64,000 bases of DNA from an uncultured Clostridiaceae bacterium (GTDB lineage Bacteria; Bacillota; Clostridia; TANB77; CAG-508): contig CATLFA010000006.1 in the NCBI GenBank assembly GCA_949927585.1, positions 3,121-67,120 of the forward strand, in the 5' to 3' direction. A program made the position numbers and the translations under genes. Below the pieces are notes generated by a model, which saw nothing but the letters and a program-made list of their open reading frames with translations, had not been told where the DNA came from and ran no database searches. Positions within the stretch are counted from its first letter, which is position 1; the number at the start of each line of letters is the position of its first letter. Positions 1 to 10,642 of this stretch are shown piece by piece.

Positions 1-1
1 A

Positions 2-442
2 ATAGACGGATTGTCAAGTAGTGTTACAACAATTATACTTACATGTTTAACAGTAATAGGAATTATATATAATTTGAAAGAAATAACATTATTTGGAAGT
101 GCATTATCAGGAGCTTGCTTAGGATTTCTATTATTTAATTTATATCCATCAAAAATAATGATGGGAGATACAGGGTCACTTCTTTTAGGAGGAGCAGTAT
201 CTGCAATGGTACTGTATTTAAAAATGCCATTACTATTAATAATAATAGCAATAATACCAGTATTAGAAACTTTATCTGTAATGTTACAAGTTATGCATTA
301 TAAAAGAACAGGAAATAGAATATTTAAAATGGCACCATTACATCACCATTTTGAATTATCAGGTTGGAGGGAGAATAAAGTAGTATCAGTATTTTGCATA
401 GTGACATTAATAGCATGTATTATAGGATTATTTGCAATATAA
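2..442 (+). CDS. mraY: MraY phospho-N-acetylmuramoyl-pentapeptide transferase, C-terminal part (5' end outside window)
   Basis: ORF open from window edge; DGLSSS, GDTGSLLLGG and MAPLHHHFE motifs; followed by ftsW and murG in dcw order. Confidence 0.9.
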   Translation: MDGLSSSVTTIILTCLTVIGIIYNLKEITLFGSALSGACLGFLLFNLYPSKIMMGDTGSLLLGGAVSAMVLYLKMPLLLIIIAIIPVLETLSVMLQVMHYKRTGNRIFKMAPLHHHFELSGWRENKVVSVFCIVTLIACIIGLFAI

Positions 443-714
443 CCTAAACAATTCTAATAATGAAAAATGAATGAAAACATTTGAGTGTTGCAATTTGTAG
501 ATGACCACATAAACGCAATTAATAATAAATTGAATGTAAGAGCCTAATATGTAAAGAATACATATTGAAAATTACTAATTTATACCTAAAAAAGATAGAA
601 TGTAATTAAAAAATGTATAAAAAATAGTTGTTATCTATTTTCTATATAAATTGGCTAAATAAAGAGTGAGTGTGAAGAGTATAAAACTCTTCGAATTTTG
701 AAAGGAGAAATATA

Positions 715-1873
715 ATGCCTAATACTACAAATGTAAAAAATAAAGGGAAAAATAATCAAAAGCAATTTGATTTTATATTATGCATAACTGTATTTCTATT
801 ATTAGCATTAGGTATTGTTATGGTTTTATCAGCGAGTGCTCCATCATCACTTTCAGAATGGCGGAAATAGTTATCATTATGTAATAAATCAAGCATTTTT
901 GGGGCTATTTGGTATAGTTTTAATGCTTGTAATATCTAAAATTGATTATAGAATTTATAAAAAACTTTATAAAGTAGCATATATACTTTCAATAATATTC
1001 CTTGCATTAGTAGTTGTTCCAAAAATAGGAGTCGAAGTTAAAGGAGCAAAAAGGTGGATAGATTTAGGATTTGGTCGATTTCAACCATCAGAATTAGCCA
1101 AAATAGGATTAATAGTATTTTATGCAGCATATCTTTCAGACCATAGAACAGAATTGAATTCATTTTGGAATGGATTTGTAAAGCCACTAGCATACTTAAT
1201 ACCACCAATAGCAATACTATTCTTTATTCAAGACCATTTAAGTGCATCAATTATTATTATATCAATAGTAAGTATAATGATGATAATGGCAGGAGGTAGA
1301 GTAAAATATTTTTTAACAGCGGGTGTAGCAGGTGTAGCAGCAGGTCTTTCAGGTATGTTAATACTTGCACAAGCAACAGGAAAAGGAGACTTCCGTTTGG
1401 CCAGGTTAACCACATTTTTAGATCCTTGGGCAGATGCAACAGATACAGGATGGCAAGTTATACAAGGTTTATATGCAATAGGTTCAGGAGGTCTATTTGG
1501 AGTAGGACTAGGAAATAGTAAACAAAAATATTTATACATACCAGAACCACATAATGATTTTATATTTGCAGTATTGGCAGAAGAATTAGGATTTATTGGA
1601 TGCGTAATAGTAATTGCATTATTTGCAGTATTTGTGTGGAGAGGAATAATAACATCAATGAGGGCGAAAGATTGCTTTGGAAGTTTATTAGCAGTTGGAA
1701 TAACATCATTAATAGGCATTCAAGCAATAATGAACATAGCGGTTGTTACATCATCAATGCCTGCAACAGGGATATCACTACCTTTCTTCAGTTATGGTGG
1801 AACTGCGTTGGTAATACTATTATGTAGTGTAGGTGTGTTATTAAATATATCACGTTCAAGTTCAAAAGTGTAA
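715..1873 (+). CDS. ftsW: FtsW/SpoVE/RodA (SEDS) family protein; frame changes +1 at CGG 862-864
   Basis: AGGAG RBS + ATG 715; N-terminus ..VLSASAPSSLSEW stops at TAG 868; +1 frame continues GNSYHYVINQAF.. through 1873 with SEDS-like TM pattern and PFFSYGG motif. Confidence 0.85.
862..864 (+). other. in-frame CGG at +1 frame junction (ftsW)
   Basis: tgg cgg aaa tag in frame of ATG 715; gene continues from gga at 863. Confidence 0.7.
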
Positions 1874-1966
1874 GTACAATAGGAGGATTTTTGTCTATAC
1901 ACTTTCAATACTTAATTTAAGCTTAAATGTTATAGGCAAAAAACATAAAATATGGAGGATTTTGAT

Positions 1967-3082
1967 ATGAAGGTAATTATTGCGGCAGCAGGTACTGCTG
2001 GACATATTAATCCAGGGATAGCAATTGCTAATAAAATAAAAGAACAAGAACCTAATTCAGAAATTATATTTATTGGAACTTCTAGAGGGTTAGAAAATGA
2101 CCTTGTTCCAAGGGCAGGGTATAAATTAGAGAAAATACACGCATATGGTTTGAGTAAGAAGATATCAATAGAGAATATAAAAAAGTTATATAAAACGTTT
2201 AAAGGTTATGGTCAAACAAAGAGAATAATAAAAGATTTTAAGCCAGATATAGTAATAGGGACAGGGGGATATATTTGCGGAGCAACGATAATGGCTGCAA
2301 ATAAATATAATATTCCAACACTATTACATGAGAGTAATGCATTCCCAGGTAAAGCAGTAAAAATGTTAGCTAGAAAAACAGATTGTATTTTAGTATCTTT
2401 TGAAGATGCTAAAACAAGAATAAAAAATGCAAAAAAAATAGTACATACGGGAACTCCTATAAAAATTGAGAGAAAAGACTATACTGAGAGTGAAAAAATA
2501 AATATAAAAACTAAATTAAATTTAGATGTAAATAAACCTATTGTATTAGTATTTGGAGGAAGTCAAGGAGCACAAGCTATAAATGAAGCAATAATTCAAA
2601 TTGCCAATAGAAAGTTAAATAGTAATTATCAAATAATGTGGGCAACAGGACCAGAACAATATAAAATAATAAAGCAAGAATTTGCAGATATAAAATTAGA
2701 TATTGAAAGTATACAAAATATGCAAATAGTACCATATATATATAATATGGAAGAAGTTATGAATATATCAAATATTATAGTTGCAAGAAGTGGTGCAATG
2801 ACAATAACTGAAATTTCAAACTTAGGAAAACCTTCGATATTAATTCCACTTCCAAACGTAAGTAATGACCATCAATTATACAATGCAAAAGTACTAGAAA
2901 AAGTTGGGGCAGCTAAAATAATATTAAATAAAGACTTAAAAGCTGATAACTTAAATAAAGAAATACAAAATATAATCAATAATCCACAAAATATGCAACA
3001 AATGGGAATAAATGCAACTAAAAATGCGGTAAAAAATGTAGAAGAAAAAATTTATAATGAGATTAAAAAATTAGTTAAATAA
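1967..3082 (+). CDS. murG: MurG UDP-GlcNAc:lipid I N-acetylglucosaminyltransferase
   Basis: GGAGG RBS 8 nt before ATG 1967; AAGTAGHINPG N-terminal motif; dcw context. Confidence 0.92.
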   Translation: MKVIIAAAGTAGHINPGIAIANKIKEQEPNSEIIFIGTSRGLENDLVPRAGYKLEKIHAYGLSKKISIENIKKLYKTFKGYGQTKRIIKDFKPDIVIGTGGYICGATIMAANKYNIPTLLHESNAFPGKAVKMLARKTDCILVSFEDAKTRIKNAKKIVHTGTPIKIERKDYTESEKINIKTKLNLDVNKPIVLVFGGSQGAQAINEAIIQIANRKLNSNYQIMWATGPEQYKIIKQEFADIKLDIESIQNMQIVPYIYNMEEVMNISNIIVARSGAMTITEISNLGKPSILIPLPNVSNDHQLYNAKVLEKVGAAKIILNKDLKADNLNKEIQNIINNPQNMQQMGINATKNAVKNVEEKIYNEIKKLVK

Positions 3083-3091
3083 TGCCAACAA

Positions 3092-3134
3092 GAACGAAGC
3101 TTTTTAACAATGATATTGTCAAAAAGCTTCGTTC
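3092..3134. terminator. bidirectional hairpin between murG and convergent ORF
   Basis: perfect 14-bp stem gaacgaagcttttt / aaaaagcttcgttc with 15-nt loop. Confidence 0.8.
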
Positions 3135-4245
3135 ATATTAGTACAAAAGTTATTTTACTTTTTGAAAGTTTACCTCTTGTCCGTTTATTAATAATAAGTG
3201 CACGTATTTTTTGAATGATAATTTCGAAAATGCTTCTGGTATATGGAACAAGTGCAAGTTCAATATTAGAAACAGCCTCATATTTTTCATCTAATTTAAT
3301 CATCATGTTAATATAATAATCATTGAAAAATGTATAGTTTTTAGTAGTTCCTAATAAATCCCTATAATAATATAATTTCTTCCTATAATCTTCAATCTCT
3401 TGTAAAGAATAAACATTATTTAAGGCTTTATTAAAATAAGAAGTTATTATAAGGTTTTGAGTTTCAAAAAATATATTTTTAATAGTATTTTTATATAAAC
3501 CAATTTTAGTAGAAGCCCTTGCAATAAAAGTATCACTTACAAATTCATTTTCTAATTTATTAGATAAAGAAATCATCTTTTCTTCAATTTTTAATATCTT
3601 ATCTAAATTAGCATTAATTTTATAAAAATTTTTCTCACCACATAAAGATATTAAAGATTTAACAAACTTAGAGTTACTATTCAAGGTACTATCAAATAAA
3701 ACATTTTCACCTGTAATATATGAAAGTTGATTAACTAAATTGCATATTATAGGATATAAACTAGGAGTATTTGTAGTAAATTCAATATCATAATATTTTA
3801 CAGTTTCTATATCATTATTTAATGCTTTCGCAGAAATTAATTGAACAGCAGCTTCATTTAAAGCCATGCCATGTATTTTAACACCAGTAAAGTCACAAAG
3901 TCCAAGTCTATATAATATATTATTTTTATCTTTTACTTCTTGGTAAGCATGAATAAATTCATGGACAGCATATCTTTTCATTTCATGAATAGATAATCCA
4001 TCTCTAAAATATATAGAAGAATTTTTATAAAAATAACTAGCTTCTCCCATATTGTTTGGGATATTAGCAATAAACATAGGAATATTGCATATTTTTATAA
4101 ATAAATTACTATAATTTAAACCATAAAAAGGAAGAGCAGATATTAATTTTTCTGCAACATATTTTGCAATTAAAGTTACACTTAAAGTATCTAACTGTTT
4201 GATAACAGTAATACCATCCTTTTTTAAGTCTTTTTCTATATTCAT
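3133..4245 (-). CDS. hypothetical protein with HExxH (HEFIH) zincin-like motif
   Basis: 370-aa ORF with RBS; AVHEFIHAYQE motif; no family recognised; in-frame CGG at 3181-3183 near the 3' end. Confidence 0.7.
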   Translation of the reverse strand: MNIEKDLKKDGITVIKQLDTLSVTLIAKYVAEKLISALPFYGLNYSNLFIKICNIPMFIANIPNNMGEASYFYKNSSIYFRDGLSIHEMKRYAVHEFIHAYQEVKDKNNILYRLGLCDFTGVKIHGMALNEAAVQLISAKALNNDIETVKYYDIEFTTNTPSLYPIICNLVNQLSYITGENVLFDSTLNSNSKFVKSLISLCGEKNFYKINANLDKILKIEEKMISLSNKLENEFVSDTFIARASTKIGLYKNTIKNIFFETQNLIITSYFNKALNNVYSLQEIEDYRKKLYYYRDLLGTTKNYTFFNDYYINMMIKLDEKYEAVSNIELALVPYTRSIFEIIIQKIRALIINKRTRGKLSKSKITFVLI

Positions 4246-4776
4246 TATTTTCTCCTTGGTAAATTAATTTTTTAACAAGTACATTATACAATATAATAAT
4301 AAAAGTAGGGTTACAAAGGTGTTAAAGTTTCATTACATTTTTATTACTACAGTTAAAAATAGAATTATAAAATAGTTCACTAATAGAAGGTTAAAATTTA
4401 ATTCATATTTAACTTACAGTAAGCAGTCGCTAATTGCTTTAGTATAATATTTTCATTTTAAAAAAGTAAATTAGACCTCCTTTTATAATTACCACTAGTT
4501 TACCATTTGTAATGTATTGTAAATAGAAATTAAATTTATAAAAGACTTGAAATATAAATAAAAAAGTATTATAATTACTGACATAAATTAGGTATATGAG
4601 GCTAGGAATTCATAATTGAACTAGAAAACAAACAGAAACAATTTTAATGTAGAGTGATGATGGATAAATGTAAAAAATATTACAATTTTCTAAAGCCTAG
4701 ATTTTATTGTGCAACAAGAACTTAACTTCTAATACCAAATTTTAAATATTAAATAATAACTTTATAATTTTTTAGT

Positions 4777-4803
4777 TTTACAAAATAAAAAAGGTGGTAT
4801 AAT
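4777..4803 (+). promoter_or_regulatory. putative ldh promoter (TTTACA-15-TGgTATAAT)
   Basis: extended -10 tggtataat at 4795-4803, -35-like tttaca at 4777-4782, about 45 nt upstream of ATG. Confidence 0.5.
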
Positions 4804-4845
4804 TATAGTATATCAAAGTAAAAAACATAAAGGAGGAGATTTAAT

Positions 4846-5805
4846 ATGAAAGATGGAAAAATTGTTTTAGTAGGAACAGGTTTTGTTGGAATGAGTATGG
4901 CATATTCAATGCTTAACAGAGGTGGAATAGGTGAACTTGTTTTAATAGATATTGATAAAGAAAAAACAGTAGGTGAAGAAATGGATTTATCTCATGGGCT
5001 TCCTTTTGCACCACAAAAAATGGTAATAAAAGCAGGAGATTATAGTGATTGCAAAGATGCTGAAATAGTAGTTATTACTGCAGGAGTTGCGCAAAAACCA
5101 GGCCAAACAAGGCTAGAACTTGCAGAGGTAAATACTAAAATAGTAAAAGAAATAACTAAAAATATAATGGAAAGTGGATTTAACGGGATAATAATAGTAG
5201 CAAGTAATCCTGTGGATTTAATGGCATATGTAGTTTATAAAGTTTCAGGTCTTCCTAAAAATAAAGTAATAGGTTCAGGAACAGTACTAGATACAGCAAG
5301 ATTAAGATATATGATAGCAGATTATATGGATGTTTCTAGTAAAAATGTTCATGCATATATAATGGGAGAACATGGAGATTCATCATTTGTACCTTGGTCA
5401 CATTGCTATGTAGGATGTAAGAAATTAACCGATATAATAAAAGATAAAGGAAGACCAATAGAAGATTTAGAGAAAATACATCAAAATGTTATAAATGCAG
5501 CATATGAAATAATAAATAGAAAAAAAGCTACTTATTATGGAATAGGAATGAGCCTAAATAGGTTAGTAAGAGCAATATTAGATAATGAAAATTCAATATT
5601 AACAGTATCAACGTATTTAGAAAATGGAGAGTATGGGCAAAATGATGTATATATAGGAGTTCCAGCAGTAATTAATCAAAATGGCGTAAGGGAATTAATG
5701 CAATTAGAATTAAATAGCCAAGAACAAGAAAAACTAAATAATAGTTGTAATTTAATAAAGAAAATGAGAGAAGATTCTATTGAAAGCATAATAGAAGAAA
5801 AATAG
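4846..5805 (+). CDS. ldh: L-lactate dehydrogenase
   Basis: GGAGG RBS; VGTGFVG Rossmann motif, ITAG..QKPGQTRLEL, MGEHGDS motifs. Confidence 0.93.
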   Translation: MKDGKIVLVGTGFVGMSMAYSMLNRGGIGELVLIDIDKEKTVGEEMDLSHGLPFAPQKMVIKAGDYSDCKDAEIVVITAGVAQKPGQTRLELAEVNTKIVKEITKNIMESGFNGIIIVASNPVDLMAYVVYKVSGLPKNKVIGSGTVLDTARLRYMIADYMDVSSKNVHAYIMGEHGDSSFVPWSHCYVGCKKLTDIIKDKGRPIEDLEKIHQNVINAAYEIINRKKATYYGIGMSLNRLVRAILDNENSILTVSTYLENGEYGQNDVYIGVPAVINQNGVRELMQLELNSQEQEKLNNSCNLIKKMREDSIESIIEEK

Positions 5806-5850
5806 AAAGTTACAGAGATTTTTTTAAAATCTCTGTAACTTTTTATTTTT
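5806..5850 (+). terminator. rho-independent terminator of ldh
   Basis: stem aagttacagagatttt / aaaatctctgtaactt followed by T-run. Confidence 0.85.
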
Positions 5851-6321
5851 CTAAATGCCATCTATAATTGCAAAAAGTATAACCAAAAAAGCAAATAGAA
5901 TATATACTATATAAATTGTAAAAATAGAAAATTACAAAAACTTCAAAAATGAGTGATATGGTAATAATAATGTACTAATGATACTATTTAGGCATGAGTG
6001 CCTCTTTTCATATATCATTATATATAGAACTACTGCAGTTATAGCTACTGATAAAATATTAATCTATAAATAATCTAAAAAATAGGTAAAGCAGCTAAAA
6101 TTAAGGCTTTATATTCTTCAAAATAGCTATAAAAGAAATAATGCCGTTCCATATAATTTTCCTCCTTATTAAGAATGAAATATAATTTACAGTTAATAAT
6201 GCATCTATTATGCATTGAATTTACATAAAATCATCAAAAACGAGTAAACTTGACAAATTTATGTAGATGAAATATAATAAATGTATAAGCGTAAATCACT
6301 TTTATTTTAGGAGGTATTTCT

Positions 6322-6675
6322 ATGAATATGGAAACAACTAAGGTTGAACGGCATCAGGATGAGTTTTTGGTATCAAATATCGAGGATTTGTACATCGGAG
6401 TGAGTACAAGCCGGGTAGAACAGATGGCAAAAAAGGTTCTGGATGTGGATGAAACAGAGGTAGCTATTTTGTTGGCGACCATCACTGGGGCTAGAGAAAT
6501 AGCCACTGGGAACGAGGAAATAGACGAGGTGGTGGCAGACAATGCAATTATCCATTTGCTTCAGAACTACAATATTGATACCTTAAATGCTATCTTCGAA
6601 GAGATGAAGTATTACGAGATGAGAAATGTTCTCGAATCTGATAACCCTATAAGAGAGCTGGAAGGTATCATCTAA
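6322..6675 (+). CDS. hypothetical acidic protein in a GC-richer patch
   Basis: GGAGG RBS, 117-aa ORF; local GC about 42-45% against about 28% in flanks; two in-frame CGG (6349, 6412). Confidence 0.55.
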   Translation: MNMETTKVERHQDEFLVSNIEDLYIGVSTSRVEQMAKKVLDVDETEVAILLATITGAREIATGNEEIDEVVADNAIIHLLQNYNIDTLNAIFEEMKYYEMRNVLESDNPIRELEGII

Positions 6676-6703
6676 GAGCCAAGATTTACAAAAGAAATAC
6701 GCA

Positions 6704-6732
6704 AAAAACTGGTAGAATTCTACCAGTTTTTT
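6704..6732 (+). terminator. rho-independent terminator
   Basis: aaaaactggtagaa / ttctaccagttttt hairpin with T-run. Confidence 0.8.
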
Positions 6733-6796
6733 ATTGAATAGGAAAAATCAAAATTTACACTGTAGGTGCACACAGTACCGTGCGTTTTTCTTATTT

Positions 6797-9214
6797 TTAT
6801 TTTACAACAATATTATAAATCTTATTTTTAACATAAATTTCTTTAATAATAGTTTTACCTTCTAACAATCCACAAACTGTTTCATTTTTGTGTACAACTT
6901 CTTTTACAGTACTTTCTTCAGAGTTTAAAGGAACTGTAACTGTAGCTTTTAGTTTTCCATTAAATTGAACAGGAATTTCTATTTCACTATCTATTGTTTT
7001 AGCTTCATCATATATAGGCCAAGTTGATTCACATATTGGACTAAAACCTAACTCTTCATTAAGTTCTTCTGTAATATGAGGAGCAATTGGGTTTAATAAT
7101 GTTAAAAGTAATTTATAATCTTGTTTAGATATTTGTTTTTCGTCATCATAACTATTTGCTAAAATCATTAAAGCTGATACGGCTGTATTATAAGACATAT
7201 TACTTAAATCAGTTTGAACTTTTTTAATAGTTTTATGAATTATACTTTCTAGTTTTGAAGAATATTCTTCTCCATCAACAACTTTTTCTTTCAAACGAAT
7301 AACTCTATCAATAAAACGTTTACACCCCTTTAAAGAATCTGTACTCCAAGGAGCATCTTGTGTATAGTCTCCCATAAACATTTCGTAAACTCTTAAAGTA
7401 TCTGCACCATATTCTTTAACAATATCATCAGGGTTAATAACATTACCCTTAGATTTACTCATTTTCTCATTATTTGAACCAAGTACCATACCATGACTTA
7501 CACGAGTCCAAATCATTTCTTTATTAGGTACTAAACCAATATTATATAAGAATTGAACCCAGAACCTCGCATAAAGTAAATGTCTTGCAGTATGTTCCAT
7601 ACCACCATTATACCAGTCAACTCTATTCCAATATTTCATAGCATCCATAGAAGCAAATTCTTTATCATTATGTGCATCCATAAATCTTAAGAAATACCAG
7701 CTAGAACCTGCCCAATTAGGCATTGTATCAGTTTCTCTTTTTGCATTTCCTCCACAACATGGGCAAGCAGTATTCACCCAGTCTGTTATATTTGCAAGTG
7801 GACTCTCTCCGTTTTCAGTAGGTTCATATTCTGCAACATCAGGTAATAATAAAGGTAAATCTTCTTCCTTCATAGGTTGCCATCCACATTTTTCACAATG
7901 AATCATAGGAATAGGCTCACCCCAGAAACGTTGACGAGAGAAAATCCAGTCTCTCATTTTGTAATTATTAACTTTTCTTGCAATACCCATATTTACTAAT
8001 TTTTCAGTAATAGCTTCTTTTGCCTCTTCAACTGTTAGACCAGTAAATTCTTCTGAATTAATTAACTTGCAACCTTTACCTAAATAATCTTGTTTTTCAA
8101 AAGCCTCTACTGAGGTATCTTTTCCATCAATAACTTGTATCATATCTAGTTTGTGCTCTAAAGCATATTCAAAATCTCTTTGGTCATGAGAAGGAACAGC
8201 CATAACGCTACCAGTACCATAATCACCTAAAACAAAATCACCTAAGAAAATAGGAACTTCTTTTCCATTAATAGGGTTAATAGCACTAACACCTTCTAAC
8301 TTGCAACCAGTTTTACCTTTATTAAGTTCAGTTCTTTCCATACTACTTTTTTTAGCAGTTTCTTTAATATATTCATTAACATCATCTTTATTAGTAACCA
8401 TTGGCATAAGTTCTTTAATAAGTTTACCATCTGGAGCAATAACAAAAAATGTTATACCATAAACTGTTTCAATACAAGTTGTAAAAATTGAAAAACTTCC
8501 ACCTTGCTTAATTTTAACATCAAGTTCAACACCAGTAGACTTACCAATCCAGTTAATTTGACCAAGTTTAACTCTATCAGCGAAGTTAGTATCATTTAAA
8601 CCTTTAAGCAGATCTTCAGAATAGTCACTCATTCTCAGCATCCATTGAGATTTTTCTTTTTGTTCAACAGAGCTTCCACATCTTTCACAAACACCACCAG
8701 CGGCGTCCTCATTAGATAAAACACTTTTACAAGTAGGGCACCAGTTAACGCCTATAGTATCTTTATAAGCCATACCATGTTTATAAAATTGTAAAAATTG
8801 CCATTGAGTCCATTTATAATATTCAGGGTCAGTAGTAGAAAATTCTCTAGACCAATCAAAAGAAAAACCTAAATCTTTCATTTGTCCCTTAAAAGTTGCA
8901 ATATTTTCCTTAACAGCATCCTTTGGGTGAATATGGTTTTTAATAGCATATTGCTCAGCAGGAGCACCAAAAGCATCCCAACCCATAGGGTATAAAACAT
9001 TATATCCTTGCATTCTCTTCATTCTAGCAAGAGCATCTTGAGCAGTATAACTTCTAACATGACCAACATGTAAGCCTGCTCCAGAAGGGTAAGGAAATTC
9101 TACTAAAATATAATAAGGGTCTTTTTTAGTGTTACCCGTAACAGCCTTAAAAGACTCATTTTTATCCCAATAATTTTGCCATTTTTTTTCAATTTCATTA
9201 AAATTATAAGCCAC
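6797..9214 (-). CDS. leuS: leucyl-tRNA synthetase
   Basis: 805-aa ORF, GTG start; HVGH and KMSKS motifs; no in-frame CGG. Confidence 0.95.
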   Translation of the reverse strand: MAYNFNEIEKKWQNYWDKNESFKAVTGNTKKDPYYILVEFPYPSGAGLHVGHVRSYTAQDALARMKRMQGYNVLYPMGWDAFGAPAEQYAIKNHIHPKDAVKENIATFKGQMKDLGFSFDWSREFSTTDPEYYKWTQWQFLQFYKHGMAYKDTIGVNWCPTCKSVLSNEDAAGGVCERCGSSVEQKEKSQWMLRMSDYSEDLLKGLNDTNFADRVKLGQINWIGKSTGVELDVKIKQGGSFSIFTTCIETVYGITFFVIAPDGKLIKELMPMVTNKDDVNEYIKETAKKSSMERTELNKGKTGCKLEGVSAINPINGKEVPIFLGDFVLGDYGTGSVMAVPSHDQRDFEYALEHKLDMIQVIDGKDTSVEAFEKQDYLGKGCKLINSEEFTGLTVEEAKEAITEKLVNMGIARKVNNYKMRDWIFSRQRFWGEPIPMIHCEKCGWQPMKEEDLPLLLPDVAEYEPTENGESPLANITDWVNTACPCCGGNAKRETDTMPNWAGSSWYFLRFMDAHNDKEFASMDAMKYWNRVDWYNGGMEHTARHLLYARFWVQFLYNIGLVPNKEMIWTRVSHGMVLGSNNEKMSKSKGNVINPDDIVKEYGADTLRVYEMFMGDYTQDAPWSTDSLKGCKRFIDRVIRLKEKVVDGEEYSSKLESIIHKTIKKVQTDLSNMSYNTAVSALMILANSYDDEKQISKQDYKLLLTLLNPIAPHITEELNEELGFSPICESTWPIYDEAKTIDSEIEIPVQFNGKLKATVTVPLNSEESTVKEVVHKNETVCGLLEGKTIIKEIYVKNKIYNIVVK

Positions 9215-9236
9215 CTAAAATCATCCTCTCTTTTTT

Positions 9237-9284
9237 GTTCCCATTGGGGAGTTTCCAAATGGGGTATCTGTCACTTTTGGGAAC
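9237..9284 (+). repeat. 48-nt dispersed inverted-repeat element, copy A (in leuS 5' leader)
   Basis: gttcccattggggagtttccaaatggggtatctgtcacttttgggaac; termini GTTCCCA..TGGGAAC; matches copies at 12485 and 22721. Confidence 0.85.
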
Positions 9285-9300
9285 TTTTAATAATATTGGT

Positions 9301-9306
9301 ATTATA
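9301..9306 (-). promoter_or_regulatory. candidate -10 (TATAAT) of leuS promoter
   Basis: attata on + strand = TATAAT on - strand, about 85 nt upstream of the GTG start; no clear -35. Confidence 0.35.
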
Positions 9307-9439
9307 CTACATTATTTGGGGAAATGGAAGGGAAAAATTAAAATTAGTTGCAAATTATGGTAAACTATAGTAAAATATTGATAGTGATTTTTTAGTGACT
9401 ATAAATAATAATTTATTTTTTGTAAAGGAGAAAGCGAAT

Positions 9440-9766
9440 ATGGCATTAGTATGGGCAAGTCAATCATTAGTACTTGAAGGATACGCATATTTTAAAGAAA
9501 GAGCACATTTATTTGCTAAAACTAATTACGTAAAAAAGCCTATATATGCGTTCACAGGAGTATCAATTATATGTGATGAATCAGAAGTAAAATCAATTAT
9601 TGAAGAAAAAATAAGAGAAAAGATGCTACAATTAGAAGGCTGGGGAGAAAAATTTGAAGGTTGGAGCTGCTACCGAAAATATTGCAAACCAGGTGAAATG
9701 TATGAATATCCAGAAGGAAAAGAGTTTAAATTGAAAATTGAATACATTAGAGAAAAGAAAAATTAG
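9440..9766 (+). CDS. hypothetical protein
   Basis: AAGGAG RBS before ATG 9440 (track start 9395 lacks an RBS). Confidence 0.6.
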   Translation: MALVWASQSLVLEGYAYFKERAHLFAKTNYVKKPIYAFTGVSIICDESEVKSIIEEKIREKMLQLEGWGEKFEGWSCYRKYCKPGEMYEYPEGKEFKLKIEYIREKKN

Positions 9767-9912
9767 AATACATGGAAAGATACACATAAAAAGTCATTAT
9801 TATATGAAAGTGAAAAAACTTAACAGTTTTGAATTCAAAATGTAAAATAATTTACTTTTTATTGACTAGATTTTAGAAAATAAGTTTAATATAAATAAAG
9901 AAGGAGAACAAT

Positions 9913-10494
9913 ATGAAAGAAAAAATAGTAATGGCAACAAATAACCAAGGAAAATTAAAAGAAGTAAGAGAAATATTGAAAGATTATGAAATATTATCAT
10001 TAAAAGACTTAGGATGTGACATTGAAGTAGAAGAAGATCAAGATACTTTTGAAGGAAATAGTTTAAAAAAAGCAAAAGAAATTTCCAAACTGCTAAAAAT
10101 GCCATGTATATCAGATGATAGTGGACTATGTATAGAAGAATTAAATGGTTTTCCAGGAGTACTAACAGCAAGATTTTTAGGAGAAGACGCAACTCAAGAA
10201 GAAAGAAATAATTATTTATTAAATAAACTAGAGGAAAAGCAAAGTAGAAAGGCAACAGTAGTCACAGTTATGACATATGTAGATGAGATAAAAGGTATAG
10301 TATTAGTAGCAAGGGGAGAAGTAACAGGCAATATATCAAAACAAAAAAGAGGAAATAATGGATTTGGCTTTGATGAAATATTTGAATTAGAAAATGGCAA
10401 AACTTTAGCAGAGTTAACAAGTAAAGAGAAGAATAAAGTAAGTAGTAGAAGGTTATCATTAGAGAAGTTAGGTAAATCACTAAAAGATATATAA
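9913..10494 (+). CDS. rdgB: RdgB/HAM1 non-canonical purine NTP pyrophosphatase
   Basis: ATNNQGKLKE N-terminus, FPGV..ARF, GxxGFGFD motifs. Confidence 0.9.
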   Translation: MKEKIVMATNNQGKLKEVREILKDYEILSLKDLGCDIEVEEDQDTFEGNSLKKAKEISKLLKMPCISDDSGLCIEELNGFPGVLTARFLGEDATQEERNNYLLNKLEEKQSRKATVVTVMTYVDEIKGIVLVARGEVTGNISKQKRGNNGFGFDEIFELENGKTLAELTSKEKNKVSSRRLSLEKLGKSLKDI

Positions 10495-10642
10495 AGAAAG
10501 GATTTAAATGGTATAAAAATATAGTTGTACCATCTAGAAAATTGACATAAATAAAAAATAATGATATAATACAAAAAATTAGCCAATAAGGAAATGTAGA
10601 GATGTATAACTTTTAAAATAATTTTTGAGAGGAGAAAGATAT

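Noticed and set aside
675-693. Hairpin gaagagt-ataaa-actcttc just upstream of the ftsW RBS as an attenuator
   Set aside because: It is a 7-bp stem without a T-run and with no competing structure evident. Evidence is too weak.
9215-9400. T-box leader upstream of leuS
   Set aside because: The leader is only about 85 nt from the candidate -10. It has no T-box sequence (no ..GGTGGTACCGCG-like stretch) and no terminator/antiterminator pair. The space is occupied by the dispersed repeat instead.
9866-10255. Antisense Leu/Phe-rich ORFs in the track (e.g. 9866..10255, 23821..24333, 27733..28167, 55833..56414, 12472..12717, 1228..1719)
   Set aside because: These are low-complexity shadow ORFs opposite well-supported genes in AT-rich DNA, with no RBS.
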